NCBI GenBank assembly: GCA_963667785.2
Contig: CAXXMU010000001.1
Coordinates: 384,001-448,000 of the forward strand
Source of the DNA: Alphaproteobacteria bacterium
GTDB taxonomy: Bacteria > Pseudomonadota > Alphaproteobacteria > UBA828
Length of the DNA stretch: 64,000 bases
Reading direction: 5' to 3'
In this document: piece after piece, positions 31,654 to 41,989 of the stretch
Position numbering within the stretch: position 1 is the first letter of the stretch
Layout of the letters: each line of letters opens with the position of its first letter
Notes under the pieces: generated by a model
The model's input: the letters and a program-made list of their open reading frames with translations, nothing else
Told to the model about the DNA's origin: nothing
Database searches by the model: none
Program-made: the position numbers and the translations under genes

Positions 31654-31667
31654 CCATAAGCTTCGCA

Positions 31668-32360
<693 letters not shown>

Positions 32361-32366
32361 GGCGCC

Positions 32367-33578
32367 ATGCGGAGCGTGCGCACGGACCTGGCGTCCACGC
32401 TGCGAGAGGCGGTGCGCAGCCTCCTGGGCGCCAGGCTGCGCACGCTGCTGGGGCTGATCGGCATCATGATCGGCATCGCCTCGGTCATCACCATGATCTC
32501 GATCGGGGAGATCGCGAAGTCCCAGTCGCGCAAGGATTTCGAGGCGCTGGGAACGGATATCGTCACCATCAAGCCGCCGGATCACCTGATCGGCCGTCCC
32601 GGTCGCGCGACCATCGGGCTGGAGGACGCCCTCGCCTTGGCGGAAGTGCTGCCGTCCGTCTCCGAGGCGGCGCCCCGGATCGAGACGCAGGGCTCGTTCC
32701 GCTACGCCGGCAAGCGTGTCGGCGGCGGCTCGGTGCAGGGGGTCTCCGCCTCCTTCGCGGACGTGAACAAGCTGCAGATGGCCGAGGGGCGCTTCGTCTC
32801 GAACCTCGACCGGGGCCGCTACTTCGCGGTCGTCGGCGCGGACGTGGCGAACGCCATGCGCCGGCGCGGCGCCGGTACCCTGGTGGGCCAGACCATGGAG
32901 GTCGGCGAGCGCCTCTATACGGTGATCGGCGCGCTGGAGTCTGCGCCGGAGACCTACGCGCTGCCGTTCTCGGTGGACGCGAACCGCTCGATATTCGTGC
33001 CCATCACCACCGTTCGCCGCACCGAGCCCGAAGCGCAGATCGAGCTGATCGTCGCCCGCGCGGCGCCGGGCGTGCACTACGCCGATGCCACGCGCGACGT
33101 GCGGGCCTACTTCCACGAGCGCGCCAGGGGGCTCGAGCTCGAGGTCGTCAGCGCCGAGCAGCTCATCGAGCAGATGGAATCGCAGCTCGGGCTGATGACC
33201 CTGCTGCTGGCCGCGGTCGGCTGCGTCAGCCTCCTCGTCGGCGGCATCGGGGTGATGAACATCATGCTGATCTCGGTGGCGGAGCGGCGCCGCGAGATCG
33301 GCGTCCGCCGCGCGCTCGGCGCGAACCGCGGCGATATCCAGCGCCAGTTCCTGATCGAGGCCCTCATCCTGACCCTCAGCGGCGGCATCGCCGGGGTGAT
33401 CGTCGGCACCGGCGCCGCCTACGGGATCGCCCACATCTACGCGTGGGAGTTCTTCATCTCCCCGGCCTCGATCGTCGTCGGCGTCGGCGTGTCCACGGCG
33501 GTCGGCATCTTCTTCGGCTTCCAGCCCGCCTACCAGGCCTCGCGCCTCGACCCCATCGTCGCCCTGCAGGGGGAATAG
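32367..33578 (+). CDS. ABC permease (MacB/FtsX-type)
   Basis: GIMIGIASVI, LLVGGIGVMNIMLISVAERRREIGVRRALGA, ASRLDPIVAL. Confidence 0.95.
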   Translation: MRSVRTDLASTLREAVRSLLGARLRTLLGLIGIMIGIASVITMISIGEIAKSQSRKDFEALGTDIVTIKPPDHLIGRPGRATIGLEDALALAEVLPSVSEAAPRIETQGSFRYAGKRVGGGSVQGVSASFADVNKLQMAEGRFVSNLDRGRYFAVVGADVANAMRRRGAGTLVGQTMEVGERLYTVIGALESAPETYALPFSVDANRSIFVPITTVRRTEPEAQIELIVARAAPGVHYADATRDVRAYFHERARGLELEVVSAEQLIEQMESQLGLMTLLLAAVGCVSLLVGGIGVMNIMLISVAERRREIGVRRALGANRGDIQRQFLIEALILTLSGGIAGVIVGTGAAYGIAHIYAWEFFISPASIVVGVGVSTAVGIFFGFQPAYQASRLDPIVALQGE

Positions 33579-33602
33579 CGTGGCCGCACGCAACGAGGGG
33601 CG

Positions 33603-35192
33603 GTGACGCAGCCGGCTGCCCGCGCGGGCGACGCCATGACGGGCGCGCTCGGCCGCGTCCGCACCCTCGCCGCCCGGCCGGTCTGCGGCCAGTCGCTCGC
33701 CGTCTTCCGCATCGCCTTCGGCCTGCTGATGCTCAACGACGTCGTCCACCTGTTGAGGTACGACTGGCTCACGGGCTTCTACATCGACCGCGCCATCCTG
33801 TTTCCCTACTACGGGCTGGAGGTGCCGGCGCTGCCGGCGCCCTGGCTGCACCTGCTGTGGGGCCTCTGCGGGCTCTGCTGCGTGCTCACGGCGCTCGGCG
33901 CCTTCTACCGGATCGCGATCTGGGGCTTCAACGCGATCTTCATCTACTTCTTCCTGCTCGATCAGCTTCTCTACCTCAACCACTTCTACATGATCGCGCT
34001 CTTCGGGCTGCTGCTGGGCTGCACCGACGCGCATCGCTGCTGGTCGTTGGACCGCCGCCTCGGGCGCATCGGGGGTACAACGAGGGTGCCGCTCTGGAAC
34101 CTGCTCATCCTGCAGTTCCAGGTCGAGGTGATCCTCGTCTTCGCCGGCCTCGTGAAGATCGAGATCGACTGGCTGCGGGGCGAGCCGCTCAGGACCTGGA
34201 TGCTGGAGCGCCCCTGGTCGCCGCTCTCGACCCTCTTCGAGGTGCACTGGATCACGCTCGCGGCTCCCGTTCTGATCATCCTGCTCCACACCGTGGGCGC
34301 GCCGCTGCTGCTCTGGTCGAAGACCCGGCTCTGGGTGTTCCTGCTCTATTGCGCCTTCCACGTGACCAATGCCCACCTCTTCAACATCGGCGTCTTCCCG
34401 TGGATGACCGTCGCGGCCACGACGATCCTGTTCTCGCCCGCGTGGCCCACGATCCTCGTCGGGCGGATCGGCGCCGCCCTGACATGGCTGCGGCTGCCAC
34501 GGCCGCCCGTGCCGGCGTGGATCGGCCATGCGGCACGCATCGTCGGTGGCGGGCCGGCGGCGCGCGGGGGAGAGCGCGCCGCGTTCCGGCCCCTTCACCC
34601 GGCGGCGCTGGCCGCGCTCGTCCTCTACGCCCTGGTCCAGATCTGGCTGCCGGTCCGCGACACCCTCTTCGAGGGATACGTAGGATGGACCGAAGAGGGC
34701 CAGAAGTTCTCGTGGCGCATGATGCTCTACGTCCACGGCGCAGACGGTCGCCTCATCGCGGTCACGCCGGAGGACGAGGCCTGGGTCATCGACATGCAGG
34801 CGCACCTCGACCCCCTGCAGACCTGGATGGTGTTCGCCAAGCCCGAGATGCTGCTGCACTTCGTCCACATGATGAAGGCGCACTACGCGGAGACCGGCGT
34901 CGGCGATGTGAGAATCTACGCCGACGTCGTCAAGAACGTGAACGGCCAGCCCTATCGGCGACTGATCGACCCCGACGTGGACCTCGCCGCCGTCGACGGG
35001 ATCAACTGGTTCGGCGAGGACCCCTGGGTGCTCCGCCCCGCCCGGATGCAGGCCGCCGAAGGTTTGGCCCCCGACTGGTATCCGCCGATTACCGCCACCC
35101 GCCTCGGCGCCATGCTGGACGCGCTCGGCGCACCGGACCCTGCCGCCGAGGCCGAGGCCGAGGCCGCCCCCGCGCGCGCGGTGAAAGAGTAA
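33603..35192 (+). CDS. HTTM-domain, vitamin-K-dependent gamma-carboxylase-like membrane protein
   Basis: SLAVFRIAFG, YLNHFY, FAGLVKI..DWLRGEP, FHVTNAHLFNIGVFPW, WTEEGQKFSWRMM, NGQP..RLIDPDVDL. Confidence 0.88.
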   Translation: MTQPAARAGDAMTGALGRVRTLAARPVCGQSLAVFRIAFGLLMLNDVVHLLRYDWLTGFYIDRAILFPYYGLEVPALPAPWLHLLWGLCGLCCVLTALGAFYRIAIWGFNAIFIYFFLLDQLLYLNHFYMIALFGLLLGCTDAHRCWSLDRRLGRIGGTTRVPLWNLLILQFQVEVILVFAGLVKIEIDWLRGEPLRTWMLERPWSPLSTLFEVHWITLAAPVLIILLHTVGAPLLLWSKTRLWVFLLYCAFHVTNAHLFNIGVFPWMTVAATTILFSPAWPTILVGRIGAALTWLRLPRPPVPAWIGHAARIVGGGPAARGGERAAFRPLHPAALAALVLYALVQIWLPVRDTLFEGYVGWTEEGQKFSWRMMLYVHGADGRLIAVTPEDEAWVIDMQAHLDPLQTWMVFAKPEMLLHFVHMMKAHYAETGVGDVRIYADVVKNVNGQPYRRLIDPDVDLAAVDGINWFGEDPWVLRPARMQAAEGLAPDWYPPITATRLGAMLDALGAPDPAAEAEAEAAPARAVKE

Positions 35193-35198
35193 CGCGGG

Positions 35199-35609
35199 TC
35201 AGTTCCGAAACCGGGCCACGCCCTTCGCCAGCAGCGCTGCGCGCCGCAGCCGGCGCAGCCAGGGATAGACCGCACGCACCCGCGCGGGGCTCGACGCGAA
35301 CCAGCGCGCGAACGCGTTGAAGCGGCCGAGGCCAGCGCTCATCGCCTTGAGCGCGACCATCGCCGCGGCCCCGTGATAGCGCCGGCCGTCGAGTGCCAGG
35401 ATCATGCCCTGTTCGAGATCGAAGCCTTCGCGTCGCAGCCGGGCGACGAGGTCGGGCGCTTCCCTGCCGTCGATCAGGCGCAGGGGCTTGCCGATGCGGG
35501 CCTCGAACTGCGATTTCGCGACGTAGTAGCTGCAGAACGGGCATTCGCCGTCATAGAGCAGGAAGGGGTCCGGCGGGGAAGCAGTGGCGGTTTCGCCCGT
35601 TTCAGCCAT
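35199..35609 (-). CDS. DCC1-like thiol-disulfide oxidoreductase (DUF393)
   Basis: LLYDGECPFCSYY (DxxCxxC motif). Confidence 0.85.
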   Translation of the reverse strand: MAETGETATASPPDPFLLYDGECPFCSYYVAKSQFEARIGKPLRLIDGREAPDLVARLRREGFDLEQGMILALDGRRYHGAAAMVALKAMSAGLGRFNAFARWFASSPARVRAVYPWLRRLRRAALLAKGVARFRN

Positions 35610-35982
35610 GCGTCGGGTCACTCCGGCTTCAGCTCCCCATGTCAACCGAGAAACATTGGGTCAACCGCGCGTCGAGATCAATAGCCCGCCCTCAGCCAGG
35701 CAAGACCCCAATTGCACATGCAGTCGCAGTTTCCCATGAGACGCTGCAGTTGCAGTCTTTGCCGCCTGACAATGACTTGTCGCGCCCAAGCGCCCGCCCG
35801 CGGCGACGCGGGCCTAACCCCAATACTGTTCACTTAGGGCTATAGTCGCGGGCCTGTGAACGCAGCAGGGGTCAGGCGGATGTCACGGGCTGTTGGGATA
35901 TCAATCGGCATTGAAGAAGGCTCAATTCGCAAAACGTAGGCATAGTCTGGTCATCGCCGCTTTCTTGGTAGACGCTTGGCTG

Positions 35983-36270
35983 ATGTCGATTGCCGAGGAG
36001 AATCCGGGCGCTGCGAGCGTTGGTCAGGTCCGTCGCCGCCGGCGGCGACGGTGGAGCGATGCGCTGAAGCGTCAGATGGAGGCGGAGACCCAGGAGCCCG
36101 GGGTCTCTATGCCGATGGTAGCGCAGCGCTACAACCTCAACGCCAACCAGATTTTCAGATGGCGGCGTCTGCTTCGCGAGCCTGAGCGCGCCGGTCCCAC
36201 CGGCCGGTTCGCGCCGGTGGTGGTTGAGGCAGCACCAGGCCAGGAGCCGGACGCGGCGCCGCCCTGTCAT
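35983..36270 (+). pseudogene. IS66-type accessory TnpA (HTH) remnant
   Basis: RRRRWSDALKRQM..ET.EPGVS...VAQRYNLNANQIFRWRR...F.PVVVE; no tnpB or tnpC follows. Confidence 0.75.
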
Positions 36271-37226
36271 GCGCCAATCCCGTTGTCAGCGAGGAAGCCG
36301 CTGAACAGAGCGAAGCAGCGTTCCGGCTCCTCAAGCTGCAGGAGATGGCTTGTCTCGGGCACGACGGCGTAGTCGATGCCGAACGTCTCGCAGAACAGCT
36401 TGCAGCAGGGCGCGGTCTTCGGCGCGTCCTCGGGCCTCGGGTCGGAGCCGACGATCAGAAGCGGGCGCGACGGCGGGGCCGGCTTCCGCCAGATCGGCAG
36501 CTCGGCGACCTCGACATAGAGACCGGCCTCGACCGGGCCGGGGCAACAGAGCAGCCACTCGCCGCTCGCGGGATCGAAGCGCAGCACCGAGCGCGCGTTG
36601 AGTTCCGCCACCCCTTTCCGCAGGCGGCGGAAGCGGTGCAGGTGACGAAACACGTCGGCTAGTCCGCCGGGGTCCGGGAACCGGTTCTGGCGGATCAGGG
36701 CGGCATCGCGCAGCACCTCGCCCTCGGTCATCAGCGGGCCGCGCAGCGGATTGCCTTCCGGCGGGACCACCGGCGGGTCGAACAGCACCAGCGCATCCCA
36801 GTGCCAGACGCCGTCGACAACCGCGAGCAGCGCCGCGATCGCCGACATGGAGTGGAAAACACCGATCGTGGTCTTCCCGCCCCATTCCTTCGCGATCGCG
36901 CCATGCACCGCCGCGTTGTCGCGCGCGAAGCGCGGATAGTCATGCGGCTGGGCTGCGTGGAACGGGTTGCGCCCGCAGTTGCGGATATCGAAGAGGGCGA
37001 GGTCGAACCGCTCCAGCATCAGCCGCCAGAATGGGAAGTAGGAATCGCTGGCGAAGCCGTTGCCGTGGCTCAGCACCACGCGCGGTCCGCCCGGGTTGCC
37101 GTGGCGCACGACGCGTATCGGCGCGCCGTCGTCCATCGCGAGATCGAGGGTTGCCGAGGGCTCGGGCAGGGCGAACTCGAGCGTTTCCCGGCGGTCCTCC
37201 ACGTCGGAACGTGACTGATCGGTCAA
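36267..37226 (-). CDS. Alpha/beta-fold hydrolase
   Basis: LSHGNGFA, nucleophile-elbow FHSMS, C-terminal SHLLQLEEP. Confidence 0.85.
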   Translation of the reverse strand: MTDQSRSDVEDRRETLEFALPEPSATLDLAMDDGAPIRVVRHGNPGGPRVVLSHGNGFASDSYFPFWRLMLERFDLALFDIRNCGRNPFHAAQPHDYPRFARDNAAVHGAIAKEWGGKTTIGVFHSMSAIAALLAVVDGVWHWDALVLFDPPVVPPEGNPLRGPLMTEGEVLRDAALIRQNRFPDPGGLADVFRHLHRFRRLRKGVAELNARSVLRFDPASGEWLLCCPGPVEAGLYVEVAELPIWRKPAPPSRPLLIVGSDPRPEDAPKTAPCCKLFCETFGIDYAVVPETSHLLQLEEPERCFALFSGFLADNGIGA

Positions 37227-37711
37227 CTGTTGGTGACTCCCGCAACAGCGATCCCGGCGATACGCTCACGGATCATCGACAGACTCCTCAAACTCAGGGT
37301 GGTCTCTACAGATACGCCTCGGGAGCGTCCGCTCCCCCGGTCGCTCACCCTGCCAGAGTTCCCGCGATTGAAACAGGCGGCCTCCGCCGGACGAATATAA
37401 CGGAGCGCGGCCTTCACCGGATGCTCACCAATCCGTCGCCATAGAGGCACAGATGGTCGGACGCGGCGCCCGCGGGGGCCTTGCGACGATACATGGGGTG
37501 GTTGAATCAGTAGCGGGACACCGCGATGATGCCGGCCGAGGCCCGGGCGGATACTAGTGGCGACAATCCTCGTGGCAGCGGCATGGCGGCCGCGCACGCG
37601 GATCTCACTCACCCGTCGACGGCATCCACCGCCGCACCTGGGAGCGCATCCAGCCGTCGGAACTCCACTCCAGCGCAACACTCGCGTCGCGGCGCACGTC
37701 AAAAGCGTGCA

Positions 37712-38353
37712 TCAATCCGGCGCGACCGTGTCGCCCGTGTAGAAGGCCGCCGTACGCTGCGCCGCTGCGCACGCAACGTCGGGGTCCGTTCCCGCCGCCT
37801 CGGCCGCCCGGCCCCACGCCGCGCTGCTTCCGAGGATGAGCGCCTTTCCGTCACGAGTCGTGTGGAACGTCGCCGCGTCCAGCTTGGGTTCGTTCGGCCG
37901 TGCAAGATGCAGTTCCATCCCCAGCAAGCCCATCTCCCAGCCGACGCCGACAGCGCCGGGACCGAACGTGTGCCAGTGGTCCGACACCAGCGCGGTATGC
38001 GTAATCGCAAGGCGCGCGCGGCCGGTACCATCGTTGCACAGACGCGCCTCCACCCAGCTCACGTTACCGCCGAACTCCCACGTCAGCCCGAGATAGGAGG
38101 GAGGCTCGCAGTGCCTGATCGTGCCGCCTGCGTGTCCCTCCAGCTGGTAGCGACCGCCGAGTTCGAGGCGGCCGCTGGCCGGCAGGAACCAGCGTGGGAT
38201 TCGTTCCGCGCTCGTCACGGCGTCCCAGAGGTCCTCCACCGTCGTCGCGTAGCTGCGCGCGAGGGTGACGGAGCGCGCGGCCTGTCCGTCGCGCTCCAGG
38301 GACGACACTGTGCGCTCCACGGCGCCGAGGAGGCGTTCGACATCCAGGTCCAT
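37712..38353 (-). CDS. SRPBCC/AHSA1-domain protein
   Basis: VEDLWDAVTSAERIPRWFLP, GPGAVGVGWE. Confidence 0.9.
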   Translation of the reverse strand: MDLDVERLLGAVERTVSSLERDGQAARSVTLARSYATTVEDLWDAVTSAERIPRWFLPASGRLELGGRYQLEGHAGGTIRHCEPPSYLGLTWEFGGNVSWVEARLCNDGTGRARLAITHTALVSDHWHTFGPGAVGVGWEMGLLGMELHLARPNEPKLDAATFHTTRDGKALILGSSAAWGRAAEAAGTDPDVACAAAQRTAAFYTGDTVAPD

Positions 38354-38459
38354 GGCTGCTCCGTTTCGTCAGGCAGGCGATCATCCAAGTACATGCCGCT
38401 GCGTACAGCAAATCGAGCCGCGTGGACGATGGCTCGGACCGCCCACAAGGTCGCAGACC

Positions 38460-39047
38460 CTCCGAAAACAGCCTCATGTCGTCCGTAGGAGCGAGCTCGC
38501 GCTGCTGCCACGCGACGTAGAGCCAGTCGTGAACGATGGAGGCTTCCAGGTACCGCCCGACACGGCCCACATACCAGCGGAATACCGGGGGCACGGAAGC
38601 AAGGTCGGTCACCGTTCCCCGCGGCACCTCAATGACGTGAACCGTCGTTCCACCCAGTTCAGCGTGTACGACATATTTCTTGGCGACAAGGTATTGCTCT
38701 TCCGGACCGAAAGGCGGGTCGCGCTCCTTCAGTCGCGCGAGGCACAAGTCGGTCTTGAACCAGAAACCGGTAATGCACTTCCAGCCGGGAGCGGGATAAG
38801 GGGAACCGGAAGGCGTGCATGCCTTATCGCAGGCGCGGGGCTTCGTTCGCTGTTTCCAGACCACCCACCAACGGCAGGCGAGGAGAGCAAGCGCGGAGAG
38901 AACGATGACGACGGCTGCGATCCAGTCTCCCGCCTCCAGGATCGTCCGATACCATTCCAGAATCAGGTCGTAACCCCAGATGGCCAGCAACCCGATGACG
39001 CTGATCGCCACGACGATCGCGGAATAGGCCAAGGCTTTAGGGATCAT
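38460..39047 (-). pseudogene. DUF1353-domain membrane protein, probably truncated or frameshifted at the 3' end
   Basis: Two N-terminal TMs; VPRGTVTDLASVP...ASIVHDWLY; the frame loses coherence after DDMRLFS and reads through into the SRPBCC gene. Confidence 0.6.
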
Positions 39048-39337
39048 ACTGCAGTTCCCCTTTGTCTTTGGGGATTATAGACAATAGTCCCAATTGGCGG
39101 GCTCAAGGGTGCCGCATTCTGCTGGTGGCCCATTCCTCAATCTGAGCCAGAGACATTCCCGCTTCTCGTTCAATCCGTCGCGTGTAGCTGATCGAGGTCG
39201 CTTCTACTGTGGGCGTTCAGAAGCCCTCGTGTTCCTTCCCCTGCAACAACCGGGCGGCGTTGTAGAAGTTCCAGTAACTGCGGTGGCTAGCTACCTTGAT
39301 GTCATTGGCTGTTCTCAGATCGGGCATTGCTTCGACA

Positions 39338-39514
39338 TCAGGCGTCTGGGTCCTCAACGAGTTTGACCGGCCCGAGCGAGCGGGCCAGTTCCTCGGGAGA
39401 GACAGCGCTGCCATCTGCCTTGCAGATCACAACGGGTTCCTCCATGTCGGCCTTCGTCGGGCGGTAGCTCATCGGCTTCACGCGCACCTCGCGTGGCTCC
39501 TGTTTGTCGCTCAT
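39338..39514 (-). CDS. Small IS-borne hypothetical protein (58 aa)
   Basis: Manual translation MSDKQEPREVRVKPMSYRPTKADMEEPVVICKADGSAVSPEELARSLGPVKLVEDPDA; ATGA overlap with the REase stop. Confidence 0.65.
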   Translation of the reverse strand: MSDKQEPREVRVKPMSYRPTKADMEEPVVICKADGSAVSPEELARSLGPVKLVEDPDA

Positions 39515-40053
39515 TGGCCCCTTCCTCCAAGATTGGTGATCGCCTTGGGAATGGGATGACCCACTCCGTCATGACGAAACGCTATGATCTGTACCGCCAT
39601 GTCCAAAGCGCGACTCTCGACATGCTTGATCGCAGTCCGCAGATTCGGTGTTCGGTCGGTGAGAAACCGAGATAGCGTGTCGTCCGGCACCACGATCACG
39701 CCAGCATCCAATTGCCCGGATGACAGATCACTCCGCAAATGAAGCACGTCGACTGCCAAGAGGTCGCTACGACCGGACACTTGAACCTCCACCCCTAGCG
39801 TACTTTGGCGCTGATTTCCCTTGCTCCAGTCGACGCCACCCGAGGTGATCTTCTTCCAGCCGCCAATCGAAGCGAAGGCTTCGTCTATCTTCTCTCGTAT
39901 CCACTTGGTTCCGTTTGCGTGCCTGGTTTCCTCAATGTGCAGAGAGAACCCCGTCACGGCACTTTCTATCTCCGCCAAGAGGGGCTGCAGCCCTAAGCGC
40001 TGCACCTTCTTGTCAAAGCCGTTGTAGCTGCGACGATCCGTAATCCGCGGCAA
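39511..40053 (-). CDS. BglII/BstYI-family type II restriction endonuclease
   Basis: GGVDWSK...GVEVQ (D...ExQ catalytic signature); directly downstream of the MTase. Confidence 0.75.
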   Translation of the reverse strand: MPRITDRRSYNGFDKKVQRLGLQPLLAEIESAVTGFSLHIEETRHANGTKWIREKIDEAFASIGGWKKITSGGVDWSKGNQRQSTLGVEVQVSGRSDLLAVDVLHLRSDLSSGQLDAGVIVVPDDTLSRFLTDRTPNLRTAIKHVESRALDMAVQIIAFRHDGVGHPIPKAITNLGGRGQ

Positions 40054-40055
40054 GG

Positions 40056-40940
40056 CTAGTGACCACCGTTAGGCAGTGACGGATCGTAGATCGGTTTGCC
40101 CATCGGGCGGGTGCGCAACTCGCCAGTGCGCAGCGCCTCAATCCGGTCAATAGCAATGTCGATGTACTTCTTCACCGTGTCACAGCCGTAGGCGACGCGT
40201 CCGTGCTTGAGGGCCGCTATGGCGCTCGATCCGACGCCTAGGTAGGGATCGAGCACCGCATCGCCCGCATCGGTCATCGACAGCACCAAGCGCTCAACTA
40301 GCTCCACCGGATACTGGCAGGGGTGTTCCGTCTTCTCAGGATGATTGCTCTTGACGTTCGGGAACGCCCACACGTCGGATGGGTTCTTGCCCTTCGGGTT
40401 GCACGAAAGCTGGCCCGCCTTCGGCCCCTTGAAGTAGCGCTTGTTCGGGTACTTCGGTGGGACGCGAATTGGATCGAGATTCCACGTGTAGTCGTCACCC
40501 TTGGTCCACCAGTTGATCGTCTCGTAACGGCCCGACAGGCGATGCGTGCAGTGCAGGCCGTGCCCGAAGTGCCAGATGATCCGATTGCGGAGCTTGAGCC
40601 CGTGAGCGGCGAAGAGAGGATAGAGCAACGTGTCGAGCGGGATGATCTCTCCGTTCTCGACATAGTTGCCCACTTGCCAGCAGATCGAGCCGCCGTCTTC
40701 CAGCAACCGCACGCACTGAGCGATCACGCGTTGCTGGTCCGCCAAGTAGGCGTCCAACGAGCGTCGATCATTCCCGTAGGACTTTCCGAGGTTGTAGGGA
40801 GGCGAGGTGACGATCAGCTTGAAACTGCCATCGTCCAGCCGAGCCATGAAGTCGAGATTGTCGCGGCACTCAATGATGAAATCGGGGAGACACGGATCAT
40901 CCGCGAGTGCGAGCGCGACCTGAGCGCCCATCGGAGACAA
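40056..40940 (-). CDS. N4/N6 DNA methyltransferase (beta class)
   Basis: Motif IV LIVTSPPYN precedes HPCQYP and motif I VLDPYLGVGSS. Confidence 0.92.
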   Translation of the reverse strand: MSPMGAQVALALADDPCLPDFIIECRDNLDFMARLDDGSFKLIVTSPPYNLGKSYGNDRRSLDAYLADQQRVIAQCVRLLEDGGSICWQVGNYVENGEIIPLDTLLYPLFAAHGLKLRNRIIWHFGHGLHCTHRLSGRYETINWWTKGDDYTWNLDPIRVPPKYPNKRYFKGPKAGQLSCNPKGKNPSDVWAFPNVKSNHPEKTEHPCQYPVELVERLVLSMTDAGDAVLDPYLGVGSSAIAALKHGRVAYGCDTVKKYIDIAIDRIEALRTGELRTRPMGKPIYDPSLPNGGH

Positions 40941-40943
40941 CCC

Positions 40944-41891
40944 CTACCGGATCAAGTCGCGATACCGCAGGCGCTTCCCTACCATTTCCTTGGCGAGGTG
41001 CCCCATCTGATCCGCGGTGTCTCTCTCCCGAATGTTGTGCCGGCCTGCGAACTCCGACACATAGCGGTCCAAGTGCTTTTCGCTGAAGTGATGGAAGGTG
41101 CCCTGATACCCCCGCTTCAGCATTGCCCAAAACGACTCGATCCCCTGCGTATGCGCCATGCCCCGGACGTACTCGCCGGCGCTGTGGTTCACCGCCTCGT
41201 GATCGAAGTCCATGCCCTCGTAACCGCCGTGGTCGTCGGTGTAGACTGTAGCCCCCGGCGCGGTGTGCGCCGCGATGAAGCCCTTGAGCGTCGCACCGTC
41301 GGTGCTCTCGATGGAGCGCGCCGCGATCCGGTTGGTGTCCCGGTCTTTCGTGCCCATCACGATGGCCTTCCCGACCGCTCCCCGGCCCGTCAGCGCGGCA
41401 CGCTTCGACCGGGACATATTCTTGCGCTTGCCGCCGATGTACGTCTCATCGGCTTCCACGGGGCCGGAGAACTGCGGGTTGCCATCGTCCTCGAATGCCT
41501 TGCGCAGACGATGCGCCAAGTGCCACGCCGACTTGTAGGAAATCTCCAGGTCGCGCTGGAGCTTCATCGCCGCGACGCCCTTCAGATTGGTCGTCACCTG
41601 ATAGATGGCGATGGCCCAAGTCTGGTAGCCGAGGTTCGACCCCTGCATCACTGTCCCGGTCTTCAGGGAGAACTGCGGCCGGTTCGGGCAATCCCGGCAA
41701 CGGTGCGTCATCGTGTTGTGCTTGGCGCCGCACTGGACGTTGGTCGAGCCGCAGTGCGGGCAGTGAGGGCCGTCCGGCCAGATGTGCTTCTCCAGCCACT
41801 TCCGCGCCGCGTCGTCATCGGGGAACATCCGCATCAGCTTGGTGAGGCTGATGCCCTCGCGGTGGCTCTTTCCCAGCGCCTTCTTGGTCAT
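40944..41891 (-). CDS. IS1595-family transposase
   Basis: Zn ribbon CPHCG...CRDC, VEADETYIGG, YTDD, HTQGIESFW, KHLDRYVSEF. Confidence 0.95.
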   Translation of the reverse strand: MTKKALGKSHREGISLTKLMRMFPDDDAARKWLEKHIWPDGPHCPHCGSTNVQCGAKHNTMTHRCRDCPNRPQFSLKTGTVMQGSNLGYQTWAIAIYQVTTNLKGVAAMKLQRDLEISYKSAWHLAHRLRKAFEDDGNPQFSGPVEADETYIGGKRKNMSRSKRAALTGRGAVGKAIVMGTKDRDTNRIAARSIESTDGATLKGFIAAHTAPGATVYTDDHGGYEGMDFDHEAVNHSAGEYVRGMAHTQGIESFWAMLKRGYQGTFHHFSEKHLDRYVSEFAGRHNIRERDTADQMGHLAKEMVGKRLRYRDLIR

Positions 41892-41905
41892 GGTCGCGCC
41901 CCCTC

Positions 41906-41944
41906 AATTGGGACTATTGTGCATCGGAGTCGCGATCAGGTCAA
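41906..41944 (-). promoter_or_regulatory. Transposase promoter with an IR-derived operator
   Basis: Minus strand TTGACC-N17-CACAAT; the 15-bp AATTGGGACTATTGT at 41906-41920 duplicates the inner IR (41950-41964) and overlaps the -10/+1 region. Confidence 0.65.
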
Positions 41945-41989
41945 GCGAAAATTGGGACTATTGTCTATAATCCCCTTTCGATGACCGCA

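Larger units (their letters stand above)
39070..41975 (-). mobile_element. IS1595-family element 1 carrying a Type II R-M system
   Basis: Perfect 26-bp terminal inverted repeats GGGGATTATAGACAATAGTCCCAATT at 39070-39095 and 41950-41975 enclose transposase, MTase, REase and a small ORF. Confidence 0.92.

Noticed and set aside
39062-41983. Target-site duplication for IS1595 element 1
   Set aside because: The flanks TTGTCTTT and TTTCGATG do not match, so no TSD is claimed; an adjacent rearrangement is possible
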